64,000 nucleotides of DNA, taken from NCBI GenBank assembly GCA_963753345.1, contig CAVWBU010000024.1, positions 1 to 64,000 of the forward strand. Reading direction: 5' to 3'. The notes beneath the pieces were generated by a model. That model saw nothing but the letters and a program-made list of their open reading frames with translations. It was not told the DNA's origin and made no database searches. The stretch comes from an uncultured Fibrobacterota bacterium. GTDB lineage: Bacteria; Fibrobacterota; Chitinivibrionia; Chitinivibrionales; FEN-1185. The number at the start of each line of letters is the position of its first letter. Position 1 is the first letter of the stretch. The translations under genes and the position numbers were made by a program. This document shows positions 1 to 9,527 of the stretch, one piece after another.

Positions 1-2
1 CT

Positions 3-1433
3 TCAGCCCGTCCGGCATCCCGCACTACATCGAAGCGCCTCGGGCTTTCCACCGAATCGTCGTACCGGTTTGAGCGCGGCGTGGACCCGGAGCACGCGCT
101 GGTGTGGGCAATCGACACTGCGGCGGAGATGCTCCGGCTGTACGCGGCAGGTTCGGTTGTTCCGGGAAGAATCGATGCGTACCCCGCACCGGTGAAACGG
201 CCAACCATCCGCCTGCGCCCCTCGCGCGTCAAGCTGCTGCTTGGCGTCGGCATTCCCAAAGCCACAATCGCATCAACCATGTCGTCGCTGCAGTTTGAAT
301 GCCGCGATGCGGGAGAAGATGCGTTCGACTGTTGCGCCCCGGCGTTCCGCCACGACATTTTTGTCGAGGCCGATCTTATCGAGGAAGTGGGACGTTTTTA
401 CGGCTACGACAATATCCCTTCGGCACAGAGCGCGGCCGTGAGCCTTGCCTGCGCTCCTTCAACCGCGGAAACGCGCGTCGATGCCATACGATCTTCACTC
501 GCCTACGCCGGCCTGAGCGAAATCGTCACCAACAGTCTGACATCCGAGAAAAAGAACCGGATGGTGCGGCCCGATGCAACGCCGGTGGCGCTCGTGAACC
601 CGCTTTCTCCGGAAATGGCCCAGCTGCGGACAAGTATGCTCGGATCGAGCCTGGAGATCATTGCCTATAACATCAACCGCAAGAACCTTGACAACAGGTA
701 TTTCGACATTGGCAAAACCTATGTGATGGTTTCCGGCCAGGATTTGCCCGATGAGCGCGATGTTCTCGCCGTTGCAATAAGCGGTAATTTCTTTGCCAAA
801 TCGTGGAACAACGCGGAAGGGATCAAGGCCGATTTCTACGTTCTCAAGGGCATTCTCGACAAACTAGGTGCCGACATTGGGTTGGGTGCGCTTGGTTACT
901 TTTCAGGGGCCGATGCACATCCATATTATTGCGGAACCATCGGCAACAGCGAGGGCGGGACTGTTTATCGATATGGCGATATACAATGGTGCCGCGTTTC
1001 ATCAAGTGGCAAGAATCTAGGTACTATTGGTAGAATACAAAACAGCATATGTTCGGCCTTCGACATCAAAGACCCTGTTTTCTATGCCGAGCTCGACATA
1101 ACGGATTTTCTTTCTGCGCAATTGCCGCCCGTCACCTACAAACAGCTCCCGAAATACCCGGCACTGGAACGGGACTTCTGTTTTGTGCTCCGGGAGAGTG
1201 TGAGCTCGTCGGCAATCGCTCAGGAAATTCTGTCGTTGTCACCGCTCGTCGAAGACGTGACGCCGTTCGATGTGTACCGGGGAGAAAAGCTGGGACCGGG
1301 ACTCAGGAGCATCGCCTTCTCGGTGCGGCTGCGTTCCGCCGAGCGCACGCTGGTCGACAAAGAAGGGGAAGACGTGTGCCGGAACATCGTTGCGACCATG
1401 GAGAAAAAATTCAACGCGACGCTCAGGAAATAA
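3..1433 (+). CDS. pheT: Phenylalanine--tRNA ligase beta subunit (5' part outside window)
   Basis: KRLGLSTESSYRFERGVDP upstream of the ORF-track start, RHDI..EADLIEEVGRFYGYDNIP, NPLSPEMAQLRTS, and C-terminal FDX-ACB domain (KYPALERD...FDVYRG...RTL). Confidence 0.95.
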   Translation, partial: SARPASRTTSKRLGLSTESSYRFERGVDPEHALVWAIDTAAEMLRLYAAGSVVPGRIDAYPAPVKRPTIRLRPSRVKLLLGVGIPKATIASTMSSLQFECRDAGEDAFDCCAPAFRHDIFVEADLIEEVGRFYGYDNIPSAQSAAVSLACAPSTAETRVDAIRSSLAYAGLSEIVTNSLTSEKKNRMVRPDATPVALVNPLSPEMAQLRTSMLGSSLEIIAYNINRKNLDNRYFDIGKTYVMVSGQDLPDERDVLAVAISGNFFAKSWNNAEGIKADFYVLKGILDKLGADIGLGALGYFSGADAHPYYCGTIGNSEGGTVYRYGDIQWCRVSSSGKNLGTIGRIQNSICSAFDIKDPVFYAELDITDFLSAQLPPVTYKQLPKYPALERDFCFVLRESVSSSAIAQEILSLSPLVEDVTPFDVYRGEKLGPGLRSIAFSVRLRSAERTLVDKEGEDVCRNIVATMEKKFNATLRK

Positions 1434-1461
1434 CGGATGTTCGGATTTTATAAGAAAACTG

Positions 1462-1490
1462 TTCAATTTTTGTTGCGGAAATGATATAAT
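1462..1490 (+). promoter_or_regulatory. Putative sigma70-type promoter for zapB-zapA-rny
   Basis: TTCAAT (1462-1467), 17-nt spacer, extended -10 TGATATAAT (1482-1490). Confidence 0.45.
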
Positions 1491-1552
1491 TTTTGTTCGG
1501 ATTCCGTTTACCGATAAGCGGTACCAATATACAAAAAGAAAAGGAGCGGAAC

Positions 1553-1753
1553 TTGTCGTTGGATTCTCTTTCTCAGTTGGAACATAAAGTTGATACGCTG
1601 GTTTCCACGGTTACGACATTGCGTGAAGAAAAGAACAGGCTTTCGGACGAAATCGAATCGTTAAAGAAAACAAACGAGGAAAAGCAGAAGAAACTGGACA
1701 GTGCGGCTGACAAGGTTCAGGGGTTGTTGTCCAAACTTGAATCGGTGGCATAG
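1553..1753 (+). CDS. zapB: Short coiled-coil cell division protein, ZapB-like
   Basis: AAGGAG RBS before TTG at 1553; LSQLEHKVDTLVSTVTTLREEKNRL coiled coil; directly upstream of zapA. Confidence 0.6.
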   Translation: MSLDSLSQLEHKVDTLVSTVTTLREEKNRLSDEIESLKKTNEEKQKKLDSAADKVQGLLSKLESVA

Positions 1754-1794
1754 CCGGATTTTACGATGATCCGGCCGGCCGCGGCGAGGTACGC

Positions 1795-2079
1795 ATGAGC
1801 CCATCATCGGACAGTGTGCGCGTGACCATTCATGGCGACGAGTATCTGATAAAAGGCGATGTGGATATCGAAACCACCAGGCAGGTTGCACAGTACGTCA
1901 ACAGCAAGATGGAAGAAATACAGACAGGCGTTGCATCACGGGACAAGGTGAAAATTGCCGTTCTCTCCGCAATGAATATCGCGGGGGAACTCCTTGACTG
2001 CAGGAAAAAGCTCGAAGCATTTGAGGAGAAAGCAGACATGCTCGGCAGGAAAATAGACGAAAACGTGTGTGCATCATAG
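1795..2079 (+). CDS. zapA: Cell division protein ZapA
   Basis: VRVTIHGDEYLIK...VAQYVNSKMEEI...KIAVLSAMNIAGEL; pheT-zapA-rny synteny. Confidence 0.88.
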   Translation: MSPSSDSVRVTIHGDEYLIKGDVDIETTRQVAQYVNSKMEEIQTGVASRDKVKIAVLSAMNIAGELLDCRKKLEAFEEKADMLGRKIDENVCAS

Positions 2080-2244
2080 CCTCTGCTGACAGACGGAAGC
2101 AATTGCCGGTCCGCACCGCTCAGTAGGTTCCGCGTCAAACACTCTCCGGTGAACGTGCTCTTCATCCCCGCCCTAACCGTTGGCGTTCGAATTTTTGTTT
2201 GACCCATATCCTTAATTTTTGCAAGCAGTCTTCAGGAGGACGAA

Positions 2245-3822
2245 ATGACCATGCAGGTAATACTCATTATCGGATGCGTTGTGTGCGGCATCATTGCCTT
2301 TGTGATCGGGTTCATGTGGCGAACGATTGCGGACCGGAAGCACAAGGACCGGATCATCGAGGAAACGCACGAGGAAGCCGAAAGAATCGTGCGGGAGGCG
2401 CAGAAGGAGGCGGAGCTTTCAAAGAAGACCGCGCTGCTCGAAGCAAAGGACGAGTGGTTCAAGGCAAAGGCGGAGTTCGAGCGCGAAGCGGCAAAAACCC
2501 GCGAGGGAATTCGCGCGGAACAGCAGAAACTCAAGGATCAGGAACTGGAACTCAAGCGCCGCGACGACACCGTTTCCAAGCGCGAAGAGGAATTCACCGC
2601 CCGGGAAAACTTTCTCAACAACAAGGAAAAAACGCTGCGCAACAAGGACAACGAGCTTACCAAACTTGTTTCCATGCAGAACGAGAAACTGGAAAAGATC
2701 TCGCACATGACGCAGGACGAAGCAAAGAAGATCCTCATGACCAACCTCGAGGGCCAGGTGCGGTACGAATGCGCTCAGATGATCAAGGAAATGAAGGACA
2801 ACGCCAAGGCCGAGGCAGAGGGGGAGGCCAAGGAAATCGTGGTGCAGGCAATTCAGCGCTGCGCGGCCGACGCCACGGTGGAGTCCACGGTGAGCGTGGT
2901 GCATCTGCCCAGCGACGAAATGAAGGGCCGCATCATCGGACGCGAGGGCCGCAACATCCGGTCGTTCGAGGAGGCCACGGGCATCGACGTGATCGTCGAC
3001 GACACGCCGGAGGCGGTCATTCTGTCCGGATTCGATCCCATCAAGCGCGAAATTGCAAGAATGGCCCTGGAAAAACTGATCAGCGACGGCCGAATCCATC
3101 CGGGAAGGATCGAAGAGCTCATCAAGAAGAGCGAAAAGGAGCTTGAAAAGAAAATGAAGGAGGCTGCGGAAGAGGTCATCTTCGAGCTCGACGTGCACGG
3201 CCTCAAGCCCAAGCTTGTCGAAATGATAGGCAGGCTCAAGTACCGCACCTCGTATGGCCAGAACGTGCTGCAGCACTGCAAGGAAGTTGCGATGCTCGCC
3301 GGCCTCATGGCAAGCGAGCTCGGGCTCGACCCGAAAATCGCCATCCGCGCCGGGCTGCTTCACGACATCGGAAAGGCCATTGACAGAGAGACGGAAGGAA
3401 CGCACTCCCAGCTCGGCGCAGACCTTGCGGCAAAGAACGGCGAAAACGAAATCATCAGCAACGCCATTGCCGCGCACCACGAAGACGTAGCGCCGATCTC
3501 CGTGTATCCGATCCTCATCCAGGCGGCCGACACGATCTCGAGCACGCGGCCCGGTGTCCGCCGCGAAACGCTCACCAACTACGTGAACCGGCTCACCAAG
3601 CTCGAGGAAATCGCGGACTCGTTCCGCGGCGTGTCAAAGACGTACGTGATTCAGGCCGGCCGCGAGATCCGCTGCATCGTGGAGCCGGAGCAGATCTCCG
3701 ACGCACAGTCCGAGGAGCTCGCGCGCCAGATCGCGCAGAAGATTCAGGATGAGATGGAATATCCCGGGCAGATAAAAGTGACGATAATACGGGAGACAAG
3801 ATTTACGGAATTTGCAAAGTAG
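2245..3822 (+). CDS. rny: Ribonuclease Y
   Basis: N-terminal TM, coiled coil, KH domain (MKGRIIGREGRNIR), HD domain (LLHDIGK), C-terminal YPGQIKVTIIRETR. Confidence 0.97.
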   Translation: MTMQVILIIGCVVCGIIAFVIGFMWRTIADRKHKDRIIEETHEEAERIVREAQKEAELSKKTALLEAKDEWFKAKAEFEREAAKTREGIRAEQQKLKDQELELKRRDDTVSKREEEFTARENFLNNKEKTLRNKDNELTKLVSMQNEKLEKISHMTQDEAKKILMTNLEGQVRYECAQMIKEMKDNAKAEAEGEAKEIVVQAIQRCAADATVESTVSVVHLPSDEMKGRIIGREGRNIRSFEEATGIDVIVDDTPEAVILSGFDPIKREIARMALEKLISDGRIHPGRIEELIKKSEKELEKKMKEAAEEVIFELDVHGLKPKLVEMIGRLKYRTSYGQNVLQHCKEVAMLAGLMASELGLDPKIAIRAGLLHDIGKAIDRETEGTHSQLGADLAAKNGENEIISNAIAAHHEDVAPISVYPILIQAADTISSTRPGVRRETLTNYVNRLTKLEEIADSFRGVSKTYVIQAGREIRCIVEPEQISDAQSEELARQIAQKIQDEMEYPGQIKVTIIRETRFTEFAK

Positions 3823-3852
3823 TAGATTTATATTTTGTAAAGAAAAGAGTGT

Positions 3853-3976
3853 CGGGGGAGAGGTATCTCCCCCGGCCTCGGCCAGCTTCGCCGTCCTCGG
3901 CACTCCCCTCTCCTGGGTAGCCCCCAAGGAAAAACAGTTGCAAAACCACACAGTGCTGCGGGGGCACCCACGAGCG
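3853..3976 (+). repeat. Structured intergenic repeat family A, copy 1
   Basis: GGGGGAGA-GGTA-TCTCCCCC hairpin, then CTCCTGGGT..CCCC...GGGGCACCC stem; similar sequence at 24185, 54009, 57411(-), 63895. Confidence 0.85.
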
Positions 3977-4042
3977 ATTGCTGTCGGGACTCGAGTTGAT
4001 GAATTAGAAAACGGGGAACTTCTGCTGATTTCCTTGAGCATT

Positions 4043-4240
4043 CCGATTGGCGCAAGAAGAATAAATTGACAGAATAGATTCCGGTTGCCGCGCGCCAGGC
4101 CGGACCGGAGGGTGAGCCATAGCGAATTGCCGGCCGACCCCTCGCCAAAGGCGACTTGGGGCGGTCCGGCAACGAGGCGAATAGCCGAGCCCGGAGGGAG
4201 GGCCGCCGACGCGCTCAGCGCGGCGGGGCGCCCAATTCTT
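4043..4240 (+). repeat. Structured intergenic repeat family B, copy 1
   Basis: ATTGGCGCAAGAA..AAATTGAC.GAATAGATT...TGCCGCGCG...CGCCCAATTCTT; close match to 24485-24697, related to 54292, 61064(-), 30498(-), 40211(-). Confidence 0.85.
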
Positions 4241-4280
4241 ACTCCTGATTTCCAGGTGCCCCCACCAAGAGTTTTAATCT

Positions 4281-5203
4281 ATGGAAATCCGCTCCCTTCC
4301 AAAACCATTTCCCTACTCCGTCCCGGAAGTTCCTTCAAACCGCAGGTATCGGCCGCCACCTACCGCCAGTGGCTTAATGTCAAGGCCTCATCCCTGCGTA
4401 AAAGAGACCTGCGAACCCATAAGCCGTTTGCAAACGCCACCCCGCGCAATGTCTACATGCAAAAACTTAATAGCGCGGTGATCGCAACCGGCCTGTTCGA
4501 TCCGTATACGGGCGACGCTCTCCGGTGGGACCTCATCGGAACGTGGGACCCGGCCACGGCAAAAGGCAACGCCGGATACAAAAGGGAATACGATCGGCTC
4601 CCCACCGCGGACCATGTAAACCCGGACGCGAATGGCCTCGAATTTGAAATATGTTCCTGGATGTCAAACACCGCCAAGACGTTCCTGGCCCCGCGCCCGT
4701 TCGTGGCCCTGTGCGCGCAGATTACGGCCTACCGGTCAAAGCAGACAGTACGAAAAACCGGGACGACCCCGGTGTACCGGCTTCCCGTCTTCCTGAGCGG
4801 CATATGCGCGCCCGCCGTTTACCGGAAATGGCTCGACACGCGCGCGAAACAGGAATACAAACGCGATGTCGCACTCAAGCGTCCCTGCGCCGCGGCAGGG
4901 TCAAAAAGCCTGTACAAGCAGGCGATTCACGACGCGGTCGTCGCAGGCAACGCCATAGACCCGTTTACCGGTTGCGCACTCCGGTGGGACCTCATCGAAA
5001 CATGGGGGAATGCCGCGCCGAAAGACAGGGCAAACCGTGAAAAAGAATTTTCCCTCCTTCCCACGGTCGACCATACCGATCCCTCTTCCCCGGTGATCGG
5101 CTTCGAAATATGCTCCTGGCTTGTCAACGACTCCAAAGGAAACTTGTCGGCGAGAGAGTATGTCGATTATTGCGGGCGGGTGGTTGAACATTCCAAGGTA
5201 TGA
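4281..5203 (+). CDS. Protein with two tandem HNH-like nuclease domains (apparent frameshift near 4325-4337)
   Basis: Two ~130-aa repeats, each YRxWL...DP(Y/F)TG.ALRWDLI.TW...LPT(A/V)DH...FEICSW..N..K; the ATG-4281 frame (PYSVPE) joins the ORF-track frame (KPQVSAATYRQW) and restores a match to repeat 2 (PVYRLPVFL). Confidence 0.65.
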
Positions 5204-5312
5204 TGGCCGGTAACTAAAGTATAGTGAAATGAGTGCCTTGCAAAGCGCCTTTCTTCGACAAGCAGTCCTTCGAATTTGACACACGGCGTGACAGAATTGA
5301 TATTCTGTATCT

Positions 5313-6590
5313 ATGGACCAACCCGCCGTTACATCTTCCCTACGGGAAAAGACCCGAAGTTTGACAGATTGGAATGAATTCTGGACGAAACGACTTTGCG
5401 CGGCCGCACGCAAAGAGGGATTGAATGAGAAAGAAACCGCCTGGGAAGAAATAATCCAAGAATATTTGACCAAGAACCCCTATGTTCCGTCGCGCGTCTA
5501 TGTCACGCGTATGATTTCCTTCCTCGAATCGGTCCCTCAATCGTCCCGCATTGAGGCTGCGAGGTGCCTGTATTTCTTCTATGATAGGGTGCATCCGTCC
5601 ACTGCGCACCGCGACGCCGCAGAAAAAGTTGGAAAACTATTGGCCCCGGTGGGCGTCAAGGCTGAAAACCCCGGACAAACCGGCCGATCGCGGGAAACAA
5701 CCGGGAAAAAGGCTGGAAAACTCTCCCCTTTTGTGGATGATACGATTTCCTCGATCGAACACAGGCTTACGGTGGAACTCAAGGCGCGCAATTACAGCCG
5801 ACGCACGATGAAGAACTACGGTGGTTTCGCGCGCAACTATCTCTCTTGGCTGGGGCGCCAGCCATTTGCCGGTGACGGCGAAAACATCAAACACTACCAG
5901 ATCTTCCTCAAAGAGGAAAAGCGGTACAGCCCAAGGACTGTGAACCTCGCCACTGCTGCGGTCCTTTTCCTTTACAACGTTGTGCTCGACGCTCCAATAA
6001 ACGCCGAATCGCTTCCACGGATGAAAGCGGGCCGGCAGCTGCCAAAGGTCCACTCCCAACAGGAGATCGAAAAGATCATTCTGGCCGAGAAGAATTTCAA
6101 ACACCGCCTCATACTCACCCTTGCCTATGCGTGCGGATTAAGGCTTTCGGAGCTAAAACACCTCAAACCGAAGGACATCGACCTCGACAGGAACATTGTC
6201 TGGGTGCGGCACGGGAAAGGCGGCAAAGACCGGGGCGTGATGCTTGATGCTGCGATCAAGCCAGAAATTGCTTCCTTCCTCCGGTCCAGCAAGGGCAAGA
6301 CCTACCTATTCGAAGGATACGAAGGTGGAAAGCCGCTGGCCGGCATTACCATTTCCAAGATTTACAAACATGCCTGTGAAAAGGCCGGCATTGAAGCGAA
6401 AGGTGGTATCCATACCCTCCGCCACTCCTTCGCCACGCATTTGCTGGAGCATGGGACCGACTTGCGCTATATCCAGGAACTTCTCGGACATTCGTCCAGC
6501 AAAACGACCGAAATCTACACGCACGTGACGTCGTCGGCCATAAGCAGAATCCGCAGCCCAATAGCGCATTTGAACTTGAAGCAAAGCTAG
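5313..6590 (+). CDS. Tyrosine recombinase, integron-integrase-like, with N-terminal extension and no IntI-specific insertion
   Basis: SAM-like domain (LKARNYSRRT...TVNLATAAVLFLY), catalytic R-K-H-R-H-Y (GLRLSE, GKGGKDR, HTLRHSFATHLLE, LLGHSS, TTEIYTHV). Confidence 0.9.
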   Translation: MDQPAVTSSLREKTRSLTDWNEFWTKRLCAAARKEGLNEKETAWEEIIQEYLTKNPYVPSRVYVTRMISFLESVPQSSRIEAARCLYFFYDRVHPSTAHRDAAEKVGKLLAPVGVKAENPGQTGRSRETTGKKAGKLSPFVDDTISSIEHRLTVELKARNYSRRTMKNYGGFARNYLSWLGRQPFAGDGENIKHYQIFLKEEKRYSPRTVNLATAAVLFLYNVVLDAPINAESLPRMKAGRQLPKVHSQQEIEKIILAEKNFKHRLILTLAYACGLRLSELKHLKPKDIDLDRNIVWVRHGKGGKDRGVMLDAAIKPEIASFLRSSKGKTYLFEGYEGGKPLAGITISKIYKHACEKAGIEAKGGIHTLRHSFATHLLEHGTDLRYIQELLGHSSSKTTEIYTHVTSSAISRIRSPIAHLNLKQS

Positions 6591-6623
6591 TCCGGCGGTC
6601 AGTATGGGAACCGAGAGGCGATT

Positions 6624-6773
6624 AAAGTATAATTTGCATACTGGCTTGAAAGCCGCAAATGAGCGGGGCTTCTGATCAAAAAGTATAATATGCATGCCGT
6701 TTTGGAATAAATGTCATACTTTACGGAGGGATTCTGCGGGTTTGTTGAAAGTATAGCATGCGGGTAGTTGGCT
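6624..6773 (+). other. Candidate attI-like primary site with direct repeats
   Basis: AAAGTATAAT(T/A)TGCAT at 6624 and 6680, AAAGTATAGCATGC at 6748, then GTTGGCT core at 6767 followed by the cassette leader motif. Confidence 0.45.
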
Positions 6774-6911
6774 GCAATTGGCACAATGCATTGAAATAAT
6801 AGCTGCTGCCGAAGAAAAATGAAAGAGTGGCACGCAAAACGTCAAAACAAGCCGCCTTCAGGGCGGCACTAAGCAAATTGAAAAGTACTTAGCCAAATTG
6901 GAGAAGTCTAT

Positions 6912-9050
6912 ATGAAAATTGATATTCATGTTCACACAAAGAAAGTAAAAAGTGGAGATGCTTTTACTCGCGAGATAACTCCAGAGAGATTTGGCCAAAT
7001 TATCAAATTAACAGATGTAAGAATATGCGCAATTACTAATCATAATTGTTTTGATAAATCACAATACAATGAGATAGTGCGCGAAACATCTAATGATGTA
7101 TTGGTTTGGCCAGGAATTGAAATAGATGTTGACGAAAATGGTAATGCAGGGCATTTGCTAGTAATAGTCAATCCCCTTAATGTAGACAAATTTGACGTGG
7201 TTATTACATCAATGCTCTCAAAAAAAAGCCCTGACACTTTTAAAATTGGTATTTCTGACATCGGAAAACAATTCGATCCACTAGACGCTATCTACATTCC
7301 TCATTATTATAATAAGTTGCCTAATATTTCGGATGAATCAATTGATAAATTATGCACTGCTGTATCAAATCCTAAACGGATTATAAAAGAAGCCACGAAT
7401 TCAATATCAGCTGGCATTTTTGTGAGTCATGGGCATAAAACAATTTTTGGCTCAGACATCCAAAATTGGGATGAATATGAAACTGTTGCGCGGCAACTAC
7501 CAGACCTGAGATTGCCAGTGGAAAGTTTTGAGCAATTTTGCCTACTCATTGAGCGGGATGACTCCACAATTGAAACCGTCTTAAATAAAAAACATCACCA
7601 ATTAATCTCGATAAAGCCGTTTAAAGAGGACGAGCCCTTCGATATTGAAATCTGGGATGATATTAATGTTTTCTTTGGCTCGAAAGGGACTGGCAAGACA
7701 GAAATTCTTAAAGCCCTTTCAAAGTATTATAACAACAATGGACATAAAACAACTGTTTTTGAATCCCATGCAATAAATCTTGCCAAGCACTATGATCTAT
7801 ATGGTAATTCATACCAACTAAATATGGAAGATTTTCCAATAGATTCATGTAAAGCGGAGTTTTCAAAGATTCGTACCGCCCATGAAAAAAATATTACTAG
7901 TGTTAGACGGTATTTTGAATATTATTCTGTTGATGAGACTAGCAAAATTGCTAAAAGCATAAAGGTTAGAGATTTGTCGCCAATAGATAATCATGTTTCA
8001 AAGATCAAACTAAAAGGTTCTTCTGACCTTATGAAAAAGATTATTGATATTCAATCATTTGTACAAAGCAAAGAACTTTACAAAGAAGTTATTGGCGAGG
8101 ATCTTTTTGACGAATTCATGAAGATATTGGACAAAGTCGAGGGAAAAGTTTTTAATGGCATAGAGAATGAATTCGTAGCATACCAAACCGCACATTTGTA
8201 TAACAATATTATCGAGGTGTTTGCTGCCGAAATATCAAAAAAAACTGGGATGCCTGAAAAACCAATTTCAACAGGTTTTAATGAATATGCAAGCAATAGA
8301 TTAGAACTAGAAGTAGCACTAATAAAGATTATTAAAAATATCGAGACAGTAATTCCACCCAAGGCGGAATTCGTATGGGACTTAGAGCAAAAAGGTAAAC
8401 TATTCTGCAAAACATGTTTATTGATTCAAGAAGGCAATGTTGTAGACGGAAATTTCAGACATTTAAATAGTACAACTAAAAACCCAGAAAAATTAGTAGC
8501 AAAAAAGATAAGAGAGATAATGGATGCAGTATACACAGACGAGTTATTCGTAAAGATCAACGATTTAAACAATATCGAAGGTGGAAGTCAAGTGAACTCG
8601 ATTGAAGACCTAATACTATTTAGACGTTTTTTTGAATTGGATCATAGAGAATATGGTCCTTCAAATGGCGAGTCCGCAATGATATTACTTGCTCAAGAAT
8701 TATCCAGTGAAAAAGAAATATTCATAATAGATGAGCCCGAAAAAAGTTTAGGAAATGATTATATAAGCAACTACATTGTTCCGCTATTAAAAGAGCATGC
8801 ATATAGTGGCAAAAGAATTATAATCGCTACGCATGATGCAAATATTGCAGTTAGAACGTTGCCATACAATTCAATCTATCGCGAACATGACGTTGATGGA
8901 TACCGGTCATATTACGGAAATCCATTTTCAAATAACCTTGTTTGTAAAGAAAGTGGCAAAAAGTTAAACTGGAAAGAGGAAAGTATGCGAACACTAGAAG
9001 GCGGCAAGGAAGCATTTGGAGAAAGAGGTAAAATCTATGGAAATGCATGA
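6912..9050 (+). CDS. PHP-phosphoesterase fused to ABC/AAA-type ATPase (Ppl/TrlF-like, putative defence)
   Basis: IDIHVHT, AITNHN, PGIEI, GHLLVI, IPHY, GSD (PHP metal motifs); GSKGTGKT Walker A, SNGE, IIDEPE Walker B, IIATH. Confidence 0.75.
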   Translation: MKIDIHVHTKKVKSGDAFTREITPERFGQIIKLTDVRICAITNHNCFDKSQYNEIVRETSNDVLVWPGIEIDVDENGNAGHLLVIVNPLNVDKFDVVITSMLSKKSPDTFKIGISDIGKQFDPLDAIYIPHYYNKLPNISDESIDKLCTAVSNPKRIIKEATNSISAGIFVSHGHKTIFGSDIQNWDEYETVARQLPDLRLPVESFEQFCLLIERDDSTIETVLNKKHHQLISIKPFKEDEPFDIEIWDDINVFFGSKGTGKTEILKALSKYYNNNGHKTTVFESHAINLAKHYDLYGNSYQLNMEDFPIDSCKAEFSKIRTAHEKNITSVRRYFEYYSVDETSKIAKSIKVRDLSPIDNHVSKIKLKGSSDLMKKIIDIQSFVQSKELYKEVIGEDLFDEFMKILDKVEGKVFNGIENEFVAYQTAHLYNNIIEVFAAEISKKTGMPEKPISTGFNEYASNRLELEVALIKIIKNIETVIPPKAEFVWDLEQKGKLFCKTCLLIQEGNVVDGNFRHLNSTTKNPEKLVAKKIREIMDAVYTDELFVKINDLNNIEGGSQVNSIEDLILFRRFFELDHREYGPSNGESAMILLAQELSSEKEIFIIDEPEKSLGNDYISNYIVPLLKEHAYSGKRIIIATHDANIAVRTLPYNSIYREHDVDGYRSYYGNPFSNNLVCKESGKKLNWKEESMRTLEGGKEAFGERGKIYGNA

Positions 9051-9336
9051 AGCAATTATTCGAAGGAACGAGAACAAAGCAGATCTTGTCTTAAAAATTA
9101 GCGCAACTGAACTCACTATAAAGTTGTCAGAAGAGAACCCTGTTGCAGTTAAATCTGTTTTTAACGAGCTCATTAAAGCTTTGAAAGAAGGCAAGTTTAA
9201 TTTTGAGCTCAATGATACAAAAGAGGATTTGTATTTCAATATTTGCAAGGAATACATCAAGCAATTGAATTCTGAATTATCAAGTGTTTATGGACAAATG
9301 AAGACCTATGGTCTGGTGCAAGAGCCAAATGCATAA
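9037..9336 (+). CDS. Small hypothetical protein coupled to the PHP-ATPase
   Basis: GAGG RBS and ATG at 9037 overlapping the 3' end of the upstream gene; same AT-rich composition. Confidence 0.7.
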   Translation: MEMHEAIIRRNENKADLVLKISATELTIKLSEENPVAVKSVFNELIKALKEGKFNFELNDTKEDLYFNICKEYIKQLNSELSSVYGQMKTYGLVQEPNA

Positions 9337-9527
9337 TCAATGCAACAAAACGGTTTCATTTTACATTTGCATTTGTTCAGCGATTGTATCGCTTGTGGCC
9401 AACTGTTAAAAAGAAAACATTCGCTTAACAGAATGATTGCCATGAAGAACATGAAATCGCAACCGGATAAAAATGCTAAAATAGCCGCTGCTGAAAGGCA
9501 AATAAGGCCTTATTAACGAATTCAAAG

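Noticed and set aside
2419-3480. Long antisense ORFs over rny and similar genes (e.g. 22948-24609, 27576-28667, 50487-51650, 52695-53960, 59415-60884)
   Set aside because: Shadow frames of well-supported genes in GC-rich DNA, with no motifs of their own.
4047-4072. TTGGCGC...TTG in repeat B as a sigma-54 promoter, or TTGACA as a sigma-70 -35
   Set aside because: Spacing does not give GG-N10-GC, and no -10 box lies at the correct distance.
4085-4280. ORF-track N terminus of the HNH-like gene
   Set aside because: It translates repeat B; ATG 4281 gives a better match to the second domain.
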